From NCBI GenBank assembly GCA_951406725.2, contig OX597830.1, forward strand, positions 61,814,001-61,878,000: a stretch of DNA of 64,000 nucleotides, written 5' to 3'. Every line of letters starts with the position of its first letter. Position 1 is the stretch's first letter. This stretch comes from Octopus vulgaris (Eukaryota). The translations under genes were made by a program, and so were the position numbers. This document shows positions 25,081 to 38,834 of the stretch, in pieces. The notes beneath the pieces were generated by a model, which did no database searches, was not told where the DNA came from, and worked only from the letters and a program-made list of their open reading frames with translations.

Positions 25081-27030
25081 CCCAATGCATTCTCAAACAA
25101 CTCCACCAAATCAAATCAAATTTTATTTGGTAATAGTATCAGGTTTGTGGTTTTGACATTTGTACTACCCCTTCCTATATCTATAAATAGAAAAAATTCT
25201 TTGTCTCCATCCAACCAAAAATAAAACCCCCTCCCCACTGACAGATCTAAATAACAAAGTGAACTCAATGATAAAATCTACAGTCAGAGAGTGAACATAC
25301 TACTATCATGTTCTTAAGAATGAAATCAACCTCTCTGTCTATATATCTACCCTCTTTATAATGTTGGCAAATGAAATAGGGATAAGAATGTGCATTGTCC
25401 GTTTAACTGGAAAATTCTATATGTGCCTGAAGATTGCTCGACATTTTAAAACTGGTGTAATACATACAGTGTTTAATAAAATGAAGTAACATGAAACAAT
25501 TGTACTACTTTACCTTGGATATACTTGTTGCTTATTTTGATTTTATATATATATTCATTTTCCCAATATTGAGAAAGCAGCTATTTCTTCTTGGAACCAT
25601 TCTAATTCATAATTAGCACTTGAATCTGAAGCATCATGATAAAACAATGAGAACATTTATCTTGTTGATGAGAAAATAAAGCAAAACATCCAGAAGTGCT
25701 AACTTCTATGTAAAATAAAACCTTCTCACTATCATCTGTGAGTAGTCTATGTATTACGTTATCTGTAGCACCATCTATTTGAACATAGCTGACATATTTA
25801 ACAACTTCTTTAGTTTTATATCCATCACCCAAGGATATATATTGATATATTATACACAGGTTGTAGAATCGGTTGCACCTCACTCTCATTAGACATATGT
25901 ATACACACTACAAACGACATGACAATTTTTAACATGTCCATTCAGTTTGTAACAAAATCTAAACTGTCTAAATGTTTTATCTTATGCTAATGTGCGTGCT
26001 TGTCCATATAAATACATGTGCAAGAATGCCTCGCATTCTTTTCTGATAAGGTATACAGTGGTGGCTTTAAGTTAGCTATAGTAATACAGTTTCAAATAAA
26101 AGATAGCATGCAAAATGTTCATGAGCCAACTGCTTACTTTCAAAGAATTTATAGACAGATAATATCAGTAGTAAGGCTACGAAATATAACAGGCTTTCAT
26201 ATTGATTCCATCACTAAATTTACTCCAAACCTGGCAGCCAAGAGCTATAGTAGAAGACATTTCCCAAGGTATCATACAGCTGGATTGATCATATAAACAC
26301 AGTTGTAAAGTGAATTTTTCAACCACACAACCATACCTATTCTTATATATGTATGAAGTCAAATAACTTTAGAAATGGAAAGTTAATTTCATGCCTATTT
26401 TGCACTTATTAACTCCTCTCTTCTTCTCATTTTATTACCTTATATTCACAGTCACAGAGCACAATAAATTCCTTTGTCAACCACAGAGTCTCTATATGGT
26501 TGGTTGGACTACAAGAAATAGCAACTGAATCTTGTTCAAATCATACTTTGCCACCTTTTAAAATTCCAGATACAAACTTGGCTAGTAGAAATATGAGTCA
26601 GCCACAGCTGGATCAACTCTATACAAAGTAAAGTGATGTCCTACATTAGAGTACTAATTCAAATAGCTAGGACTTAGCACCTGTTATTTTTATGCAACAT
26701 TACATACAATATTAAAAGAATCATGATTGACAAACTGTTAATTTCCAATGTTTAATAACACTTTTCTTCTTTACCCAGTTGTATCCTTTCTACAATTTCC
26801 ACTCCTACTACAATAATTCTGTTCATCAAAACTGATAAGATAGCACTAACACAAAAATACTTAATGCTCCAATCTTTCTTGTTATTATTCATGCAGCTTT
26901 AATCTCCTAGACACAATCTTAAATTATATCCTTAATCCTCCCATCTTAGAATCACATCATTCTGGAACATCATTCTCTACTCATTTTTGGATTTGGTTTG
27001 CAACATTCTTTATATGAGTTCGTGTGTTGA

Positions 27031-27308
27031 AGCATATTCTGTTGTGTCTGAGGAGAGTCATTTTCTTTTTGTGCCCTATAATGTAACACACTCACCGGTA
27101 AAATTTCCACTTATTTCTTATTTTTATTTTCCTAAAATTTTCATTGTGTCATGCAACCTTAACCTTTTCAATACTGAAAAGGTTGCAAGATGCAACGAAA
27201 ATTTTGGGAAAATAAAAATAAGAAATAAGTGGAAATTTTACCGGTGAGTGTGTTACATTATAGGGCACAAAAAGAAAATGACTCTCCTCAGACACAACAG
27301 AATATGCT
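27031..27308. repeat. Long fold-back palindrome, ~135-bp arms, probably PLE pLTR-derived
   Basis: AGCATATTCTGTTGTGTCTGAGG... pairs with ...CCTCAGACACAACAGAATATGCT; 4-nt loop at 27171-27174. Confidence 0.9.
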
Positions 27309-28804
27309 CTACTCATGTTTTCTTTCAAACCCTGTATTCGAATTGAGTTTAAATCATTAACTTCATGTAGTTACCTTGATCACAAGTCTTGAAGGAAAAG
27401 GAAAAAAAGCAGCAGTTGATTCTGTTTCTTCTCCTCTCCCCTTCTTTTTCCATACCTTACTATTTATTGTCCTGAAGTGGAAATTGTTTATTAGAATTAG
27501 AAATATTTATATATATTCTCTATTGTTAGGCTTTCTGTATTATTCACAACAAATTCAAATGTCAGATTTTTATGAAAAGCAATTTTTATGCAGTAGATAT
27601 GAAATATTTAGACTCATTTTATCTCTTGTGTATATTTTCCTAAAACAGTGATTAGTTCTGATTCTATTCAATGAGAAATTACTTCATGTTTGATGTTTTT
27701 CTTTCTGTTTTGTTGATGAGATTTTCAATGCCTCCTTCTTCAAATCCAGCAGACTTCATTCTCTGACCGTTTTGTTTCTTATTTCATAATATATAAGAAA
27801 TTTTTCTACAGTATTTCAATTTAGATGAACATCTCTTCTAGTGAAGATCTCTCACTTGCTGTAGCTGCTGGGATTGACCATCTCTTTTGGCTAAGCAAGT
27901 TGATGCTAAGGGTAAACAGTGTGGAATTGGAGAAGTCCTAATCAATTAACGGATTTGAACTTTAAGAGGCAGGGGTGGAGTGGTAGTTAATGAGTTTTCT
28001 TGGTTACTTGACTCATTCTCTTTTGAGAGGCATAACCATAACTTTACACTCCAAAAATTCTTTAATTTTTTGTCTGTTTAAGAATCAATTATTTCGTCAT
28101 ACATTTGTGACCTCTTCAATGACACTTTCCATCCTCGTGTATGATCCTGCTCTGCTTAGTCCATTCTGTTCTTCTATCAATTATTTCTTTATTCCTTAAA
28201 GTGGTGAAGCTGTTTCAAGCTTTATAATTACTCAGTATTTTTAGAGTCAGCTGCAGTTTCCAACTCTTAAGGAAAAGACAGTAAATATTATATTAAAGTC
28301 TGGAGACTAATAAATAATTATTCTTTTTAATTGAAAGAAATAATCATTTATTAATCAACATCACAAGTTTTTCTGTACTTTAAGAGAATATATCTTTTAC
28401 TTTTTTTCCCCCCCTCTCAAAAGATTTCATTGTGTATTATTCTCATCTGAGTTTAAATGCTGCTGAGAAACTTTGCTTTTCATCCTTTCAGAGTCAATAA
28501 ACTAAGTACCAGTTGAGCACTGAAGTCAATGTAATCAACTTACCCTAAAATTACTGGTATTATGCTAAAATTTGAAATCATTATTTATTGATTCCACAGT
28601 TTCATTTCAAGAACATCACTGTTAGTATTATTTCATTGTTAAACTAGCTGGAATGTCATAATATCTTCTACACATCCTTAAAATATATTGTTCAAAAAAC
28701 TGAGGTTATTACTTTTACCTGCAAATTGTTTCAACCTTATGCACTTTTGAGGTTCACTTAGAGTTTTATTTGCCAAAATGTTGCCTCACTTTCAATTCAC
28801 CCAG

Positions 28805-29130
28805 GGTAAAGGGTAAAAACCCCCTTCAGTCATGAATGACCATGAAATTGTAACTAGAAAGTTACCCTCCCAGGCACAAGTCCAGGCAAGGTTGTTTATG
28901 GAAGACCAGCAGTCACCAATGCATACCAACCTCCTCTTTCCATGCCACCAATGTTATCCAAGGGAAAGCTGATACAGCTTGATACCAGTAGTGTTGCAAC
29001 TCATTTCTACAGCTGAGTGGACTGGAGCAATGTGAAATAAAGTGTCTTGCTCAAGGACACAACACACAGCCCGGTCAAACTCACTACCTTATGATTGTGA
29101 CCCCCAACGCTCTAACCACTGAACCATATG
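28805..29130 (-). mobile_element. tRNA-derived SINE, family D
   Basis: Minus strand begins TGGTTCAGTGGTTAGAGCG and contains GTGTCCTTGAGCAAGACACTT. Confidence 0.65.
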
Positions 29131-29424
29131 CCCAATACCTGAATATCTGATGCTTTATTTGATGGGCATTATTTTATTTTGTTTTATTTTTAACTCTGTC
29201 TATCCTTAATATCTTTTCTCCCTTCTGTCTTTCTTGGACAGTGATTTGACAATCATTGCCTTATCAAGGAAACTCACTCCATTTGCTTACTGTGCAATTT
29301 CTTCCCATCAAACTCTTGGGTCCAAACCAGCTAATTGGTCAGGACATCCCAATTCTACACTGATTATTCTTGGTATGAGGTGTGTTCTCACCTTGGCTCA
29401 TCTTAGCTAATCAAATTTACCACC

Positions 29425-29546
<122 letters not shown>

Positions 29547-29754
29547 CTCTTCTAGCTCTCTACTTTATGTCTCAAGTGATTGTATTTTGAATTATTTCTT
29601 ATTTATACATGCTTCTGTGTAGAAACATTATTTTGTCAAAAAGAAAAAAATTATGTTCATTTAAATGTATTTTTTTCTTGGAAGTGAATTAATATGTAAT
29701 AACTAAATATTTAACATATGACATTGGATTCTTGAAGTCTTATACTATTTTCAG

Positions 29755-29872
29755 CATCAGGTTCTGTTGCCCTCACATCATCTCTGTTCTTCGAGACATA
29801 AGCTATCCAGATTTACAAAACAGGATATTGCAAAGCTTGGGACCAGCCTTGAAAGAAAATTTATCAAATTAT
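29755..29872 (+). CDS. USP31: USP31/43-like coding exon 4
   Basis: TTTCAG|C acceptor; IRFCCPHIISVLRDISYPDLQNRILQSL; TAT|GTAAGA donor; phase 2/0. Confidence 0.85.
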
Positions 29873-30318
29873 GTAAGAATAAAAGTTCATATCTATTATC
29901 ACATGATATCTATTATCACATGTAAATTTTTATTCTGTTGGGATTATCTTTTTTGAATCCTTATTCATTTTAGCGATGCAAACGAATTTAATTGTAAAAC
30001 ATTTTTTTTTTTTAATTTATTAGTCTGAACAAAAGGAACAGTGCCCAACTTTATTTTCAAAACCTCTGAGCCTGAGAGATCAAGATAACTAGTTGAAGTT
30101 AGTGCGGTTAATGTTTAGTTTGAACTTTTTTCTGGAAAACAGAGACACAGGATTTTCTAAAGAATGAGGTTATTGGAGAGGATGAGATGGAGGGATTCAA
30201 AAGTGGTTTTTAGGTTGAACATTTATAAGATGTTTTATATATTTTTGATTTTTTAAAATTATGCTCAGGAGTAGGTTGGGCAAACTCAGTTACCTAGATT
30301 TTTTTCCTTAAGATATGT

Positions 30319-30674
30319 GGAATGGAAGCACTCCGTCGGTTACGACGACGAGGGTTCCGGTTGATCCAATCAACGGAACAGCCTGCTCGTGAAATTAACG
30401 TGTAAGTGGCTGAGCACTCCACAGACACGTGTACCCTTAACGTAGTTCTTGGGGATATTCAGCGTGACACAGAGAGTGATAAGGCCGGCCCTTTGAAATA
30501 CAGGTACAACAGAAACAGGAAGTAAGAGTGAGAGAAAGTTCTTCCTGCCAGAGCCTCGTGGAGCTTTAGGTGTTTTCGCTCAATAAACACTCACAACGCC
30601 CGGTCTGGGAATCGAAACCGCGATCCTACGACCGCGAGTCCGCTGCCCTAACCACTGGGCCATTGCGCCTCCAC
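30319..30674 (-). mobile_element. tRNA-derived SINE, family B
   Basis: Reverse complement of 48489-48874; TAAGATATGT target-site duplication at 30309-30318 and 30675-30684. Confidence 0.9.
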
Positions 30675-30693
30675 TAAGATATGTAGTGCTGTT

Positions 30694-30748
30694 AAAGTAG
30701 ACCAAGTTCTCATGTGTCTTCAAAGTAGACCAAGTTCTCATGTGTCTT
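30694..30748. repeat. 28-bp tandem duplication
   Basis: AAAGTAGACCAAGTTCTCATGTGTCTT occurs twice. Confidence 0.9.
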
Positions 30749-30974
30749 TTGTTCCTGTTCATTCAAAACAGATCTGCTTGCCTAGTATGGTGTTGAGCTT
30801 ATATGTAACTGAAACCCATGTCTGGAAGGGAAGCAAGAATGTCCACTGGAACTATGATTTAGTTGCATCATTAAATAAAACTTTGATATAATGAAAAAGT
30901 ATGAAGAAAATCTAATTGAGTATTGAATCATAGCTGAGTTGAAAGAGTTGGAGTTTTAAAGAAATGTATCAATG

Positions 30975-31372
30975 TTGCCAGCGCCGCCCTGACTGGCTTC
31001 CGTGCCCGTGGCATGTAAAAAGCACCATCCAATTGTGGTCATTGTCAGCCTCGCCTGGCCACTGTGCCGGTGGCACGTAAAAAGCACCATCCAATTGTGG
31101 TCATTGCCAGCCTCGCCTGGCCCCCGTGCCGGTGGCATGTAAAAAGCACCATCCGATCGTGGCCGTTTGCCAGCCTCGTCTGGCACCTGTGCAGGTGGCA
31201 CGTAAAAAGCACCCACTACACTCTCGGAGTGGTTGGCGTTAGGAAGGGAATCCAGCTGTAGAAACACTGCCAGATCAGACTGGGCCTGGTGCAGCCTACC
31301 GGCTCCCCAGACCCCAGTTGAACCGTCCAACCCATGCTAGCATGGAAAACGGACGTTAAACGATGATGATGA
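30975..31372 (+). mobile_element. RTE 3' UTR-type repeat with about 4 tandem units
   Basis: GTAAAAAGCACC four times and a GAT tail. Confidence 0.85.
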
Positions 31373-33719
31373 AATGGAAGGTGGAGTAACGCTTGAAACA
31401 ACTAATTAATGACACTGTATTTTGGAAATTCTTATGTCAAACAAAGTGAAAGATTTTGTTAATGTTCTCAAATAGTATGGAATGTAAAAGTATCCAATGG
31501 ATCTAGCTTTGCTCACTAAGAAGATAAAAGTAACTGGAGGTAGTACAAGCAATTTACAGAAGACTACTGAGAATGCAAGATGGTGCATTGATCGATGTAG
31601 TTGAGCCATTGACAATGAAATGAATTGGTGTAAAGGCTACAGTACATATTTTAAACTTAAATTACCTTTGTTGAAAATAACTATTATCACAGTATGGACA
31701 ATCATAGTCCTTAGGAAAGATTACTTTCAACCAAAATCCATGGCTGCTGTTGCTTCCTGAATACAGAAATTGCAGTGAAGATCAGTTGAAATAGGAAAGG
31801 CCTAGGTAGAAGGGTCTTAAGTGATTTCACTTAGAAGTAAATGATAAATGGGATTTAGTGTTGGTGAAACAAGGTTTCAAAGTTGGGTGCTTAGCTTTTT
31901 AGACTGGTTACTAGAAAAATTTACTGTGGAAAAGTTAGGGATTAACTAGATGGGATTCATATCCTGGTTATTTTTCATGATTTTTTACTTAAATGTTGTG
32001 CCACTGATTCGAGTATATAGTTTTTTTAGGGTTTTTTTCTTTTTTTTGTCTTTTAGTGTAATTGAAGTATTACATAGCATTCATAACATTTTATCTTTAC
32101 ATGCACTGGAATAGCATTGTTGAGTTTGATGCTATTTGCTTCTAGATAGGCACCTCATAAATCTGTATTGCTTACAGGATAGAATCGGTTAAAATGCAGG
32201 GGAGAAGAGGATTTGAGATAATAGAAGGCAACAAATTGCCTGTAATACTCTAAATGCTTTCAAATGTTGTGTTCTAGGACCTAGATAGGGTCCTTGGATT
32301 TCTTAAGTTATTGGATAGATCTCAAATATTCAAAGAATTTTGCTCTCACTCCCTTATTACAATTGTAATACTTCCCAAGATGTTACAAGTTACTTTTATA
32401 TAATTTATTTTCATGCATATTTAAACAGGTTTTGATATTGCAGAGTTTAGCACTGATTAGTATTCTCCAACATTTTTGACATTCTTATATTTTTGTATCT
32501 AAAAATTCTGCTTCATTTATCATTTTTGAAGGAAGGCAGTCTGAAGTTTAATCTTGTATACTTGTGGAAAGGAGAATTTGTTTTACTTAATTTGAAGTTA
32601 AAACTTTTTCTAATTAAAAGAAAGAGAAATATATTTCTGTGATCATTGTAGACCTCCAAGACTGATGGATGTTCAGCATGAGCCTTCGTAGGTTGTTATT
32701 CTTTTATTCTTTTACTTGCTTCAGTCATTTGACTGTGGTCATGCTGGATCACCACCTTTAGTCAAAGAAATCAACCCCAGGATTTATTCTTTGTAAGCCT
32801 AGTACAAAGGAACGAAATGAAAAAATGAAAACATTTTACCATCTACTTTCCTGGACCAATTGGTTTCTGATTTTAGTATAGCAAGCAAATACCATTTACC
32901 CGCTAGGTGAAATCTTTCTCAACAGGTACACCTTACATTAAATATATAAACACAAGGTGATCAACTATGTGCCTCTTGTTTATACATCCTAATTTTTTTT
33001 TAATCTATTGTGCAGACACAGCCCTTCACTAGCAATAAAAAAATGCCAACTTTTAAAAACTGAAAATTATCCAAAAACTTACAATACTTAATCATGTCAA
33101 AGGGAAATGGAAATTAATTTATTCTATTTGTTTAATTTTTATAAACACTAAGACCTATATATTTTTGAAGTTTAAAATTCAGTTATATTATTTTCATCGA
33201 CAAACTAAGTAACGGTTTTTGCTTATAAATATCATTTCGCTTTTGAATTATATTGGGTTTGATTGTTATTGTTATTATTATTGTTGTTGAAATATTATGA
33301 TAGTTATTAATTATGATATCTATTTATTTAGAATGATTTATTATTATCTTTAAAAGGTTGTAACATATTACTTATAATTTAATTGAGAATTAATTTTGTT
33401 AGACAATACATTATTTGATAATTAGGTGGTATATTTATCAAGTAGTATTAAATTTAAGTAAATTAGTTTTTATATTAATTGATACTTTGATCAACTATAT
33501 TACTGAGTGATATATTAAATCTATAGATAATACATATATATTAATTATATAATTATATAGTTCGTTTATATAATGGGTGTGTCTATATTTGAACCATTTC
33601 TTATTTTTGATTCCAGTATTTATGGCTTGTACTAGCATTGGGTATATTAATTAATTTTAAGCTTTTTAGTATTAATTGCTTAATGGGATGCCATGTTGTT
33701 TTACTTGATAGGTCAGACA

Positions 33720-35065
33720 ATTTCACCATACGTTGAGAAATAGTCCACACATCCTAGGTAGTCAATATTCTTGTACACAAACAAGTCGGCTCCGACTTTG
33801 GCCCATGGTCGATCAGGAATTTCATGGCTCTCCAACAGTTGTTTCAGATTACTCTTTCTGTTCTCATTGTGAAACAAATTCTTCAGTTTGTACAGTCATT
33901 CCTTGCCAGAAGATAGCATCTTTGGCTCTGAGTATGCACTTTATCACTCTGAAATTAGCATCATGAATTATCTTCAACATTTCTGTTTGTAGTGTTGCAG
34001 GAACTACAACTTTGTCAGCTTTGAAGATGAAATCATCAACAACAGTCAGTTCATCTCGAATATTCCAGTGGTCTCTCACACTTGCTGGAACATCATTTCT
34101 GTTTTCTGGCTATCCACACAGAATCACTGATTTCAGCTGTTGCAGTTGTGGCAATCCTGAATTCACTCAACTTTCCTGAGGTCATCAGCAGTTGTGATAT
34201 TAGGTTCACATCACACTCAGTTTCATCAAACCAATCATTACTGGCTTAAAGATATGCCCTGCTCAAGGCATCTGCAACAATCAGTTAGTTCTTTGCCAGG
34301 TTTCCAGATAACTTGAAGATCATACATCTGTAGATGCAGCAACATTCTCTGCAACCTCTGAGGAGCTCTACACAAAGGTTTCTAAAATATCATTTCAAGG
34401 GGTTTATGATCAGTTTCTACTTGAAATGTTTTCCCGTAGACATACTGATGAAACTTTTGTTCTACCTTTAGGTTCATACCTTCTTCTTAGACCCATACTG
34501 GCATTCATGGCATTGATTTCTTTAGATATGGTTCACTGTTCATCATTAAGAACTTTCAATTACTGTCCACTGATTTCTGTAGCACTAATCATCTGTACAG
34601 TTTTTTCCAAATCAAGATCATGGTCTCTCAATAACTGTATTCTGAGGCTGTTACTAAGAATTCCACAGATTCTGTCTTTATGTCCCAAACTCACAAGTTC
34701 TAGATTTATTCTGATCAATTATCACATCTGCTTTCTGAGATCATCTCTCTCAATTGTCAGATTTTTCTTAGGTTCACAATATTCCTTAAAACTTTTGCTT
34801 CACTTTGTCGTAATTCTTGCTATCTGCTTCCTAACGCCACTCAAAAGAATTTTACACTTGAACTGCAGCCTCTCCCACTACATGTTGTAGAGTAGCACAC
34901 TTCACACTCTGTGATTTAGTTGCAATTCTGCTAGCTGTAAGGTAAAGTTCAAACCTTTGTACCCACCATTTCCAGCTCCTGGCTACATTGCCTTCAAGAT
35001 TAAGCTCATTCAAGCTTCTTATCTGTTCCATATAGGCAATTATTCAATCCCCCTTCTGACACTAT
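33720..35065 (-). mobile_element. Ty3/Gypsy LTR retrotransposon remnant (gag, RNase H, integrase Zn-finger region)
   Basis: RDELTVVDDFIFKADKVVVPATLQTEMLKIIH...RAKDAIFWQGM; VETDHKPLE...RLQRMLLHLQMYD; gag-like LNLEGNVARSWKWWVQRFELYLTAS; PBS-like TAGTGTCAGAAGGGGGAT near 35047-35064. Confidence 0.85.
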
Positions 35066-35127
35066 GTAAATTATGACACGACACAGGGCACAGCCATTAC
35101 TACGTGTATCTATTTCATCATACATAC

Positions 35128-35361
35128 CTATTTCTTTACTGCCCACAAGAGGCTAAACACAGAGGGGACAAACAAGGATAGACAAACGGATTAAGTCAAT
35201 TATATCGACCCCAGTGCGTAACTGGTATTTATTTAATCGACCCCGAAAGGATGAAAGGCAAAGTCAATCTCGGCAGAATTTGAACTCAGAACGTAGCGGC
35301 AGACGAAATACCGCTAGGCATTTCGTCCGGCGTGCTAACGTTTCTGCCAGTTTGCCGCCTT
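35128..35361 (-). mobile_element. tRNA-derived SINE, family C
   Basis: Full copy with TCGACCCCGAAAGGATGAAAGGC core and head ending ...CTGCCAGTTTGCCGCC. Confidence 0.85.
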
Positions 35362-35665
35362 AAATCATACATACCAACTCCTGACACTCTCATTACAATG
35401 ACTGGCTTTTGATGCCAGATACAGATCAAAGTTTCCAGCTATTAGCCATTACTCTGTCCAATTCACTGATGAATGCATTTGATGAGAAATCTGGAAAATA
35501 ATTCAATCCAGTTGCTGATTGTCTATAAGGCTCGAGTAAGACTCATAACTGAGTACTATTCTCAAACTGAAATAGTGACCACCCCCACCAAACACACACT
35601 CATGCACATGTGTATGCACTCCGTGTGGGCCGAAACGACCGGGAGGTGGACGCGCTACTACGCAT

Positions 35666-36047
35666 GGAGGCGCAATGGCCCAGTGGTTAGGGCAGCAGAC
35701 TCGCGGTCATAGGATCGCGGTTTCGATTCCCAGACCGGGCGTTGTGAGTGTTTATTGAGCAAAAACACCTAAAAGCTCCACGAGGCTCCGGCAGGGGATG
35801 GTGGTGATCCCTGCTGTACTCTTTCACCACAACTTTCTCTCACTCTTACTTCCTGTTTCTGTTGTACCTGTATTTCAAAGGGCCGGCCTTGTCACTCTCT
35901 GTGTCACGCTGAATATCCCCGAGAACTACGTTAAGGGTACACGTGTCTGTGGAGTGCTCAGCCACTTACACGTTAATTTCACGAGCAGGCTGTTCCGTTG
36001 ATTCGGATCAACCGGAACCCTCCTCATAACCAACGGAGTGCTTCCCA
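35666..36047 (+). mobile_element. tRNA-derived SINE, family B
   Basis: GGAGGCGCAATGGCCCAGTGG (A box) ... GGTTTCGATTCCC (B box); near-identical to the copy at 48489. Confidence 0.9.
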
Positions 36048-36329
36048 TGCACTCAAGCAAATATCCTAGCCTGCATCCAAAAGAAAACCATGCATCTTTT
36101 ACTACTCTCATATTTCTGCTGTCCCTGTCCTTGCACTAAACAAATTATCTAATTATTTCTTCTCATAATTTCAGACTTCTAGAATTCCCACCCTGCCCAT
36201 ATTTTCTCAACAAACTTTAGAAATTCAAGCTGAAAATAACTGTATTGCTTTCACCAGATAGTTTTGTTAACATTTCTAATATAATTTTATCAAGAAAGTT
36301 TTAACAGTATATGTTGTTTACTTTTTCAG

Positions 36330-36442
36330 AGTATGTCTAAGCAAAAACTACTCATGAGATTGCATGTCATGGACAGAAATTGCCAACACAATTATCTTCC
36401 AAATGATGTTGAAATGCCTCTTTATATGCCAGTCATAGATAA
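36330..36442 (+). CDS. USP31: USP31/43-like coding exon 5 (not in ORF track)
   Basis: TTTTCAG|AGT acceptor; SMSKQKLLMRLHVMDRNCQHNYLPNDVEMPLYMPVID; AA|GTAAGT donor; phase 0/2. Confidence 0.85.
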
Positions 36443-36926
36443 GTAAGTCTTGATTTAACGTCTTACATTTTATTTGAAAGCTTTCATCTCATAGTGTGTG
36501 CTGAACAATAAATGATTGTTACCTTAATTATTTTTGTTTAATCTAAGAGATAAATCATTTATATTCATATAAACATATTTATGATATATATTATTTGGAG
36601 TTAAAATCCAAATTAATCAGAGAGTATCCAGTTACATGTTATAGAAAATACTTTTCACAATAATTTTCAAGCCTACTTCACTCATAGATTTATTCCCTCA
36701 ATATTTTATTTTGCATTTTAATTTTATAGATAACTACTTTACTACATGTTAAGTGTTTATCTCTTTACTATAGATAGTGATTTCTTACACTGTCACAAAC
36801 CAAAGTTTTGAAGAGTCAATCAATTTACATTACCTAATGGTTCTTTTTTTCCTTTCCTTTTTTTTTTTTACACAAGTGGGAACAAAAATATAGTTGACAA
36901 TGGTAGGATTTCATCTCAAAATATTA

Positions 36927-37549
36927 CAAGGTGGTATCAAAAAGTTCTCAGACTAGTTCTGCTGCACACCAACACTCAGACTAGTTCTGTTGCATACAGT
37001 TGCTTGCACACTGAGAGCTAACAGTGACCTTCATGAGGCAGTGTGCCAAGTGACATCACTGTGTTTATTTTGCAAGTTGTGAAATTCGTGTTTTTGTGAT
37101 CTGCAGTTTTTGTCATAGAACAAAGAGCCAACATGAAATTTTGCATTAAACTTCGGAAGTCTGCTACAAAGACATTGAGCATGCTTTGGCAAGCTTACAT
37201 TGTCGAAGCAATGGGTCATATGCAATGTTTCAAGCAGCACAGGTGCACAACAGAGTCGCAACTGAATCAAGAGCATGCTCATCATTTTTTCACATCTACA
37301 GTATTGTGTATGGAGAATTCATCCCCCAGGGCCAGACTGTGAATTGAGAGTTCTACTGCAATGTTTTGGAGTGTTTGAGGCAGGACATTCAGCAAAGCAG
37401 CCAGATCTGTGGAGGATGAAGAATTGGACGACAGTGCATGCTGTCACCTAGGTGTCCTCACTCATGAGTTTCTTGTCAAAAAACACGGTGTCGCTTCTGC
37501 ACTCACCCCATTCACCAGATTTAGCACCTGCTGACTTCCCTCTCTTCTC
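36927..37549 (+). mobile_element. Mariner transposon remnant
   Basis: TA|CAAGGTGGTATCAAAAAGTT TIR; MKFCIKLRKSATKTLSML HTH region; HSPDLAPADF motif near 37510. Confidence 0.8.
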
Positions 37550-37668
37550 GCATGGTTCTTGGTCTCAAGCATTTGTCTTATGAAGAAAGGCTGAAGACGC
37601 TCGACCTTTATTCTCTAGAAAAACGACGACGCCATGGTGATTTCATTCTTGCTCACAATATCATAAGT
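37550..37668 (+). mobile_element. CR1 fragment
   Basis: MVLGLKHLSYEERLKTLDLYSLEKRRR, as in 21770-22216. Confidence 0.85.
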
Positions 37669-38753
37669 CTCAATAAGTGATTAGTTGTCCAGTTTTGCAA
37701 AGTACTTTTGGCAATCTTGACAACAGGAATATTTCCTACTAAAGCACCAGCATTGGTTAGGTTATGAAGTTCAGAAGCTGCTAAAGCTAATGGATTCCAC
37801 ATTAGTTCTTGAAGTGGCTTCAGAGAAAAGAATTTAGATGTAGACTTTTAATTTGGTTAATAATGTATTTGAAAGGTCTGAGAAAAGAGCAATATGTTGA
37901 AACACAAACTTATGTGTGAAACTGTGCCACAGTATTTAGAGTAATAGTTTACTATACTTCCAATTGTGAAAGATGAAGGAAAATCCTTTTCCATACCAAA
38001 AAGGGAAACGGTTGCTGGTGATCTTAAATTGTCTAAGAGAATATCTACTTTTAAATGAAATGAATCTGTCAATAATAGAATTTCCAGTTTTGAGCACTTA
38101 GAAACCAATAGAAATACCTATATTTGACCTGAGTTTCAGCATAATATCTGATGATAATATGGTGTGGCTACAATTGTAGTATAGATCGAAATTATGACAA
38201 TTGCACAGAGAATTGAGATGATGTTAGTTTCCTTCAATTTATCAAAGAAATAATTTTGCACAAATTTAAATAAACCCATACACAAACACACACACACACA
38301 ACACATAGACACATGCACACACACACACGCGGCTACAGATGTAAATGCATGCACAGATAAGGATAAACACTATAGAAAGACAGAATGGACTGAACAAAAT
38401 AGGAGACACGTGGGGTGAAGAATCACTGAAGAGGCCACATGGTGTGTGACAGAAGATTTCCAAACAGTGCATGTGTTTATTTGGCAAAAGGAAAAATAAT
38501 AACCATCCCAAAATATAACAATATCTATTTCAACACACAATTTTACATCAGGAATCTTGCAAAACAAATACATAAACGGAAAAACAGTTCAGTTTGGTGC
38601 TATTCGACTAGTCAAAGAGAAAACAACATTGTTTGTGCTGATCAATACCAATTTAATCCCAGGAAAGAAACACGCATTTTAGCAGTTTACACCTGATACC
38701 ATTTTTTTGTTGTTGTAAATTTAATGTATTAATATAATTTTTTTTTTTTTTAG

Positions 38754-38834
38754 AGTCCTAGGTGTTCATGATGGAAATTTGGAAGAACTACCTCTAAGAA
38801 TCATTGTTGAATGGGATTCTCATTTATGGGAAAT
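38754..38834 (+). CDS. USP31: USP31/43-like coding exon 6 (not in ORF track)
   Basis: Poly-T TAG|A acceptor; VLGVHDGNLEELPLRIIVEWDSHLWE; AT|GTAAGA donor; phase 2/2. Confidence 0.85.

Noticed and set aside
35666-35740. Apparent tRNA genes here and at 17596, 30600, 48489 and 63316
   Set aside because: They are heads of multi-copy SINEs, continuous with SINE bodies and lacking a proper acceptor stem.
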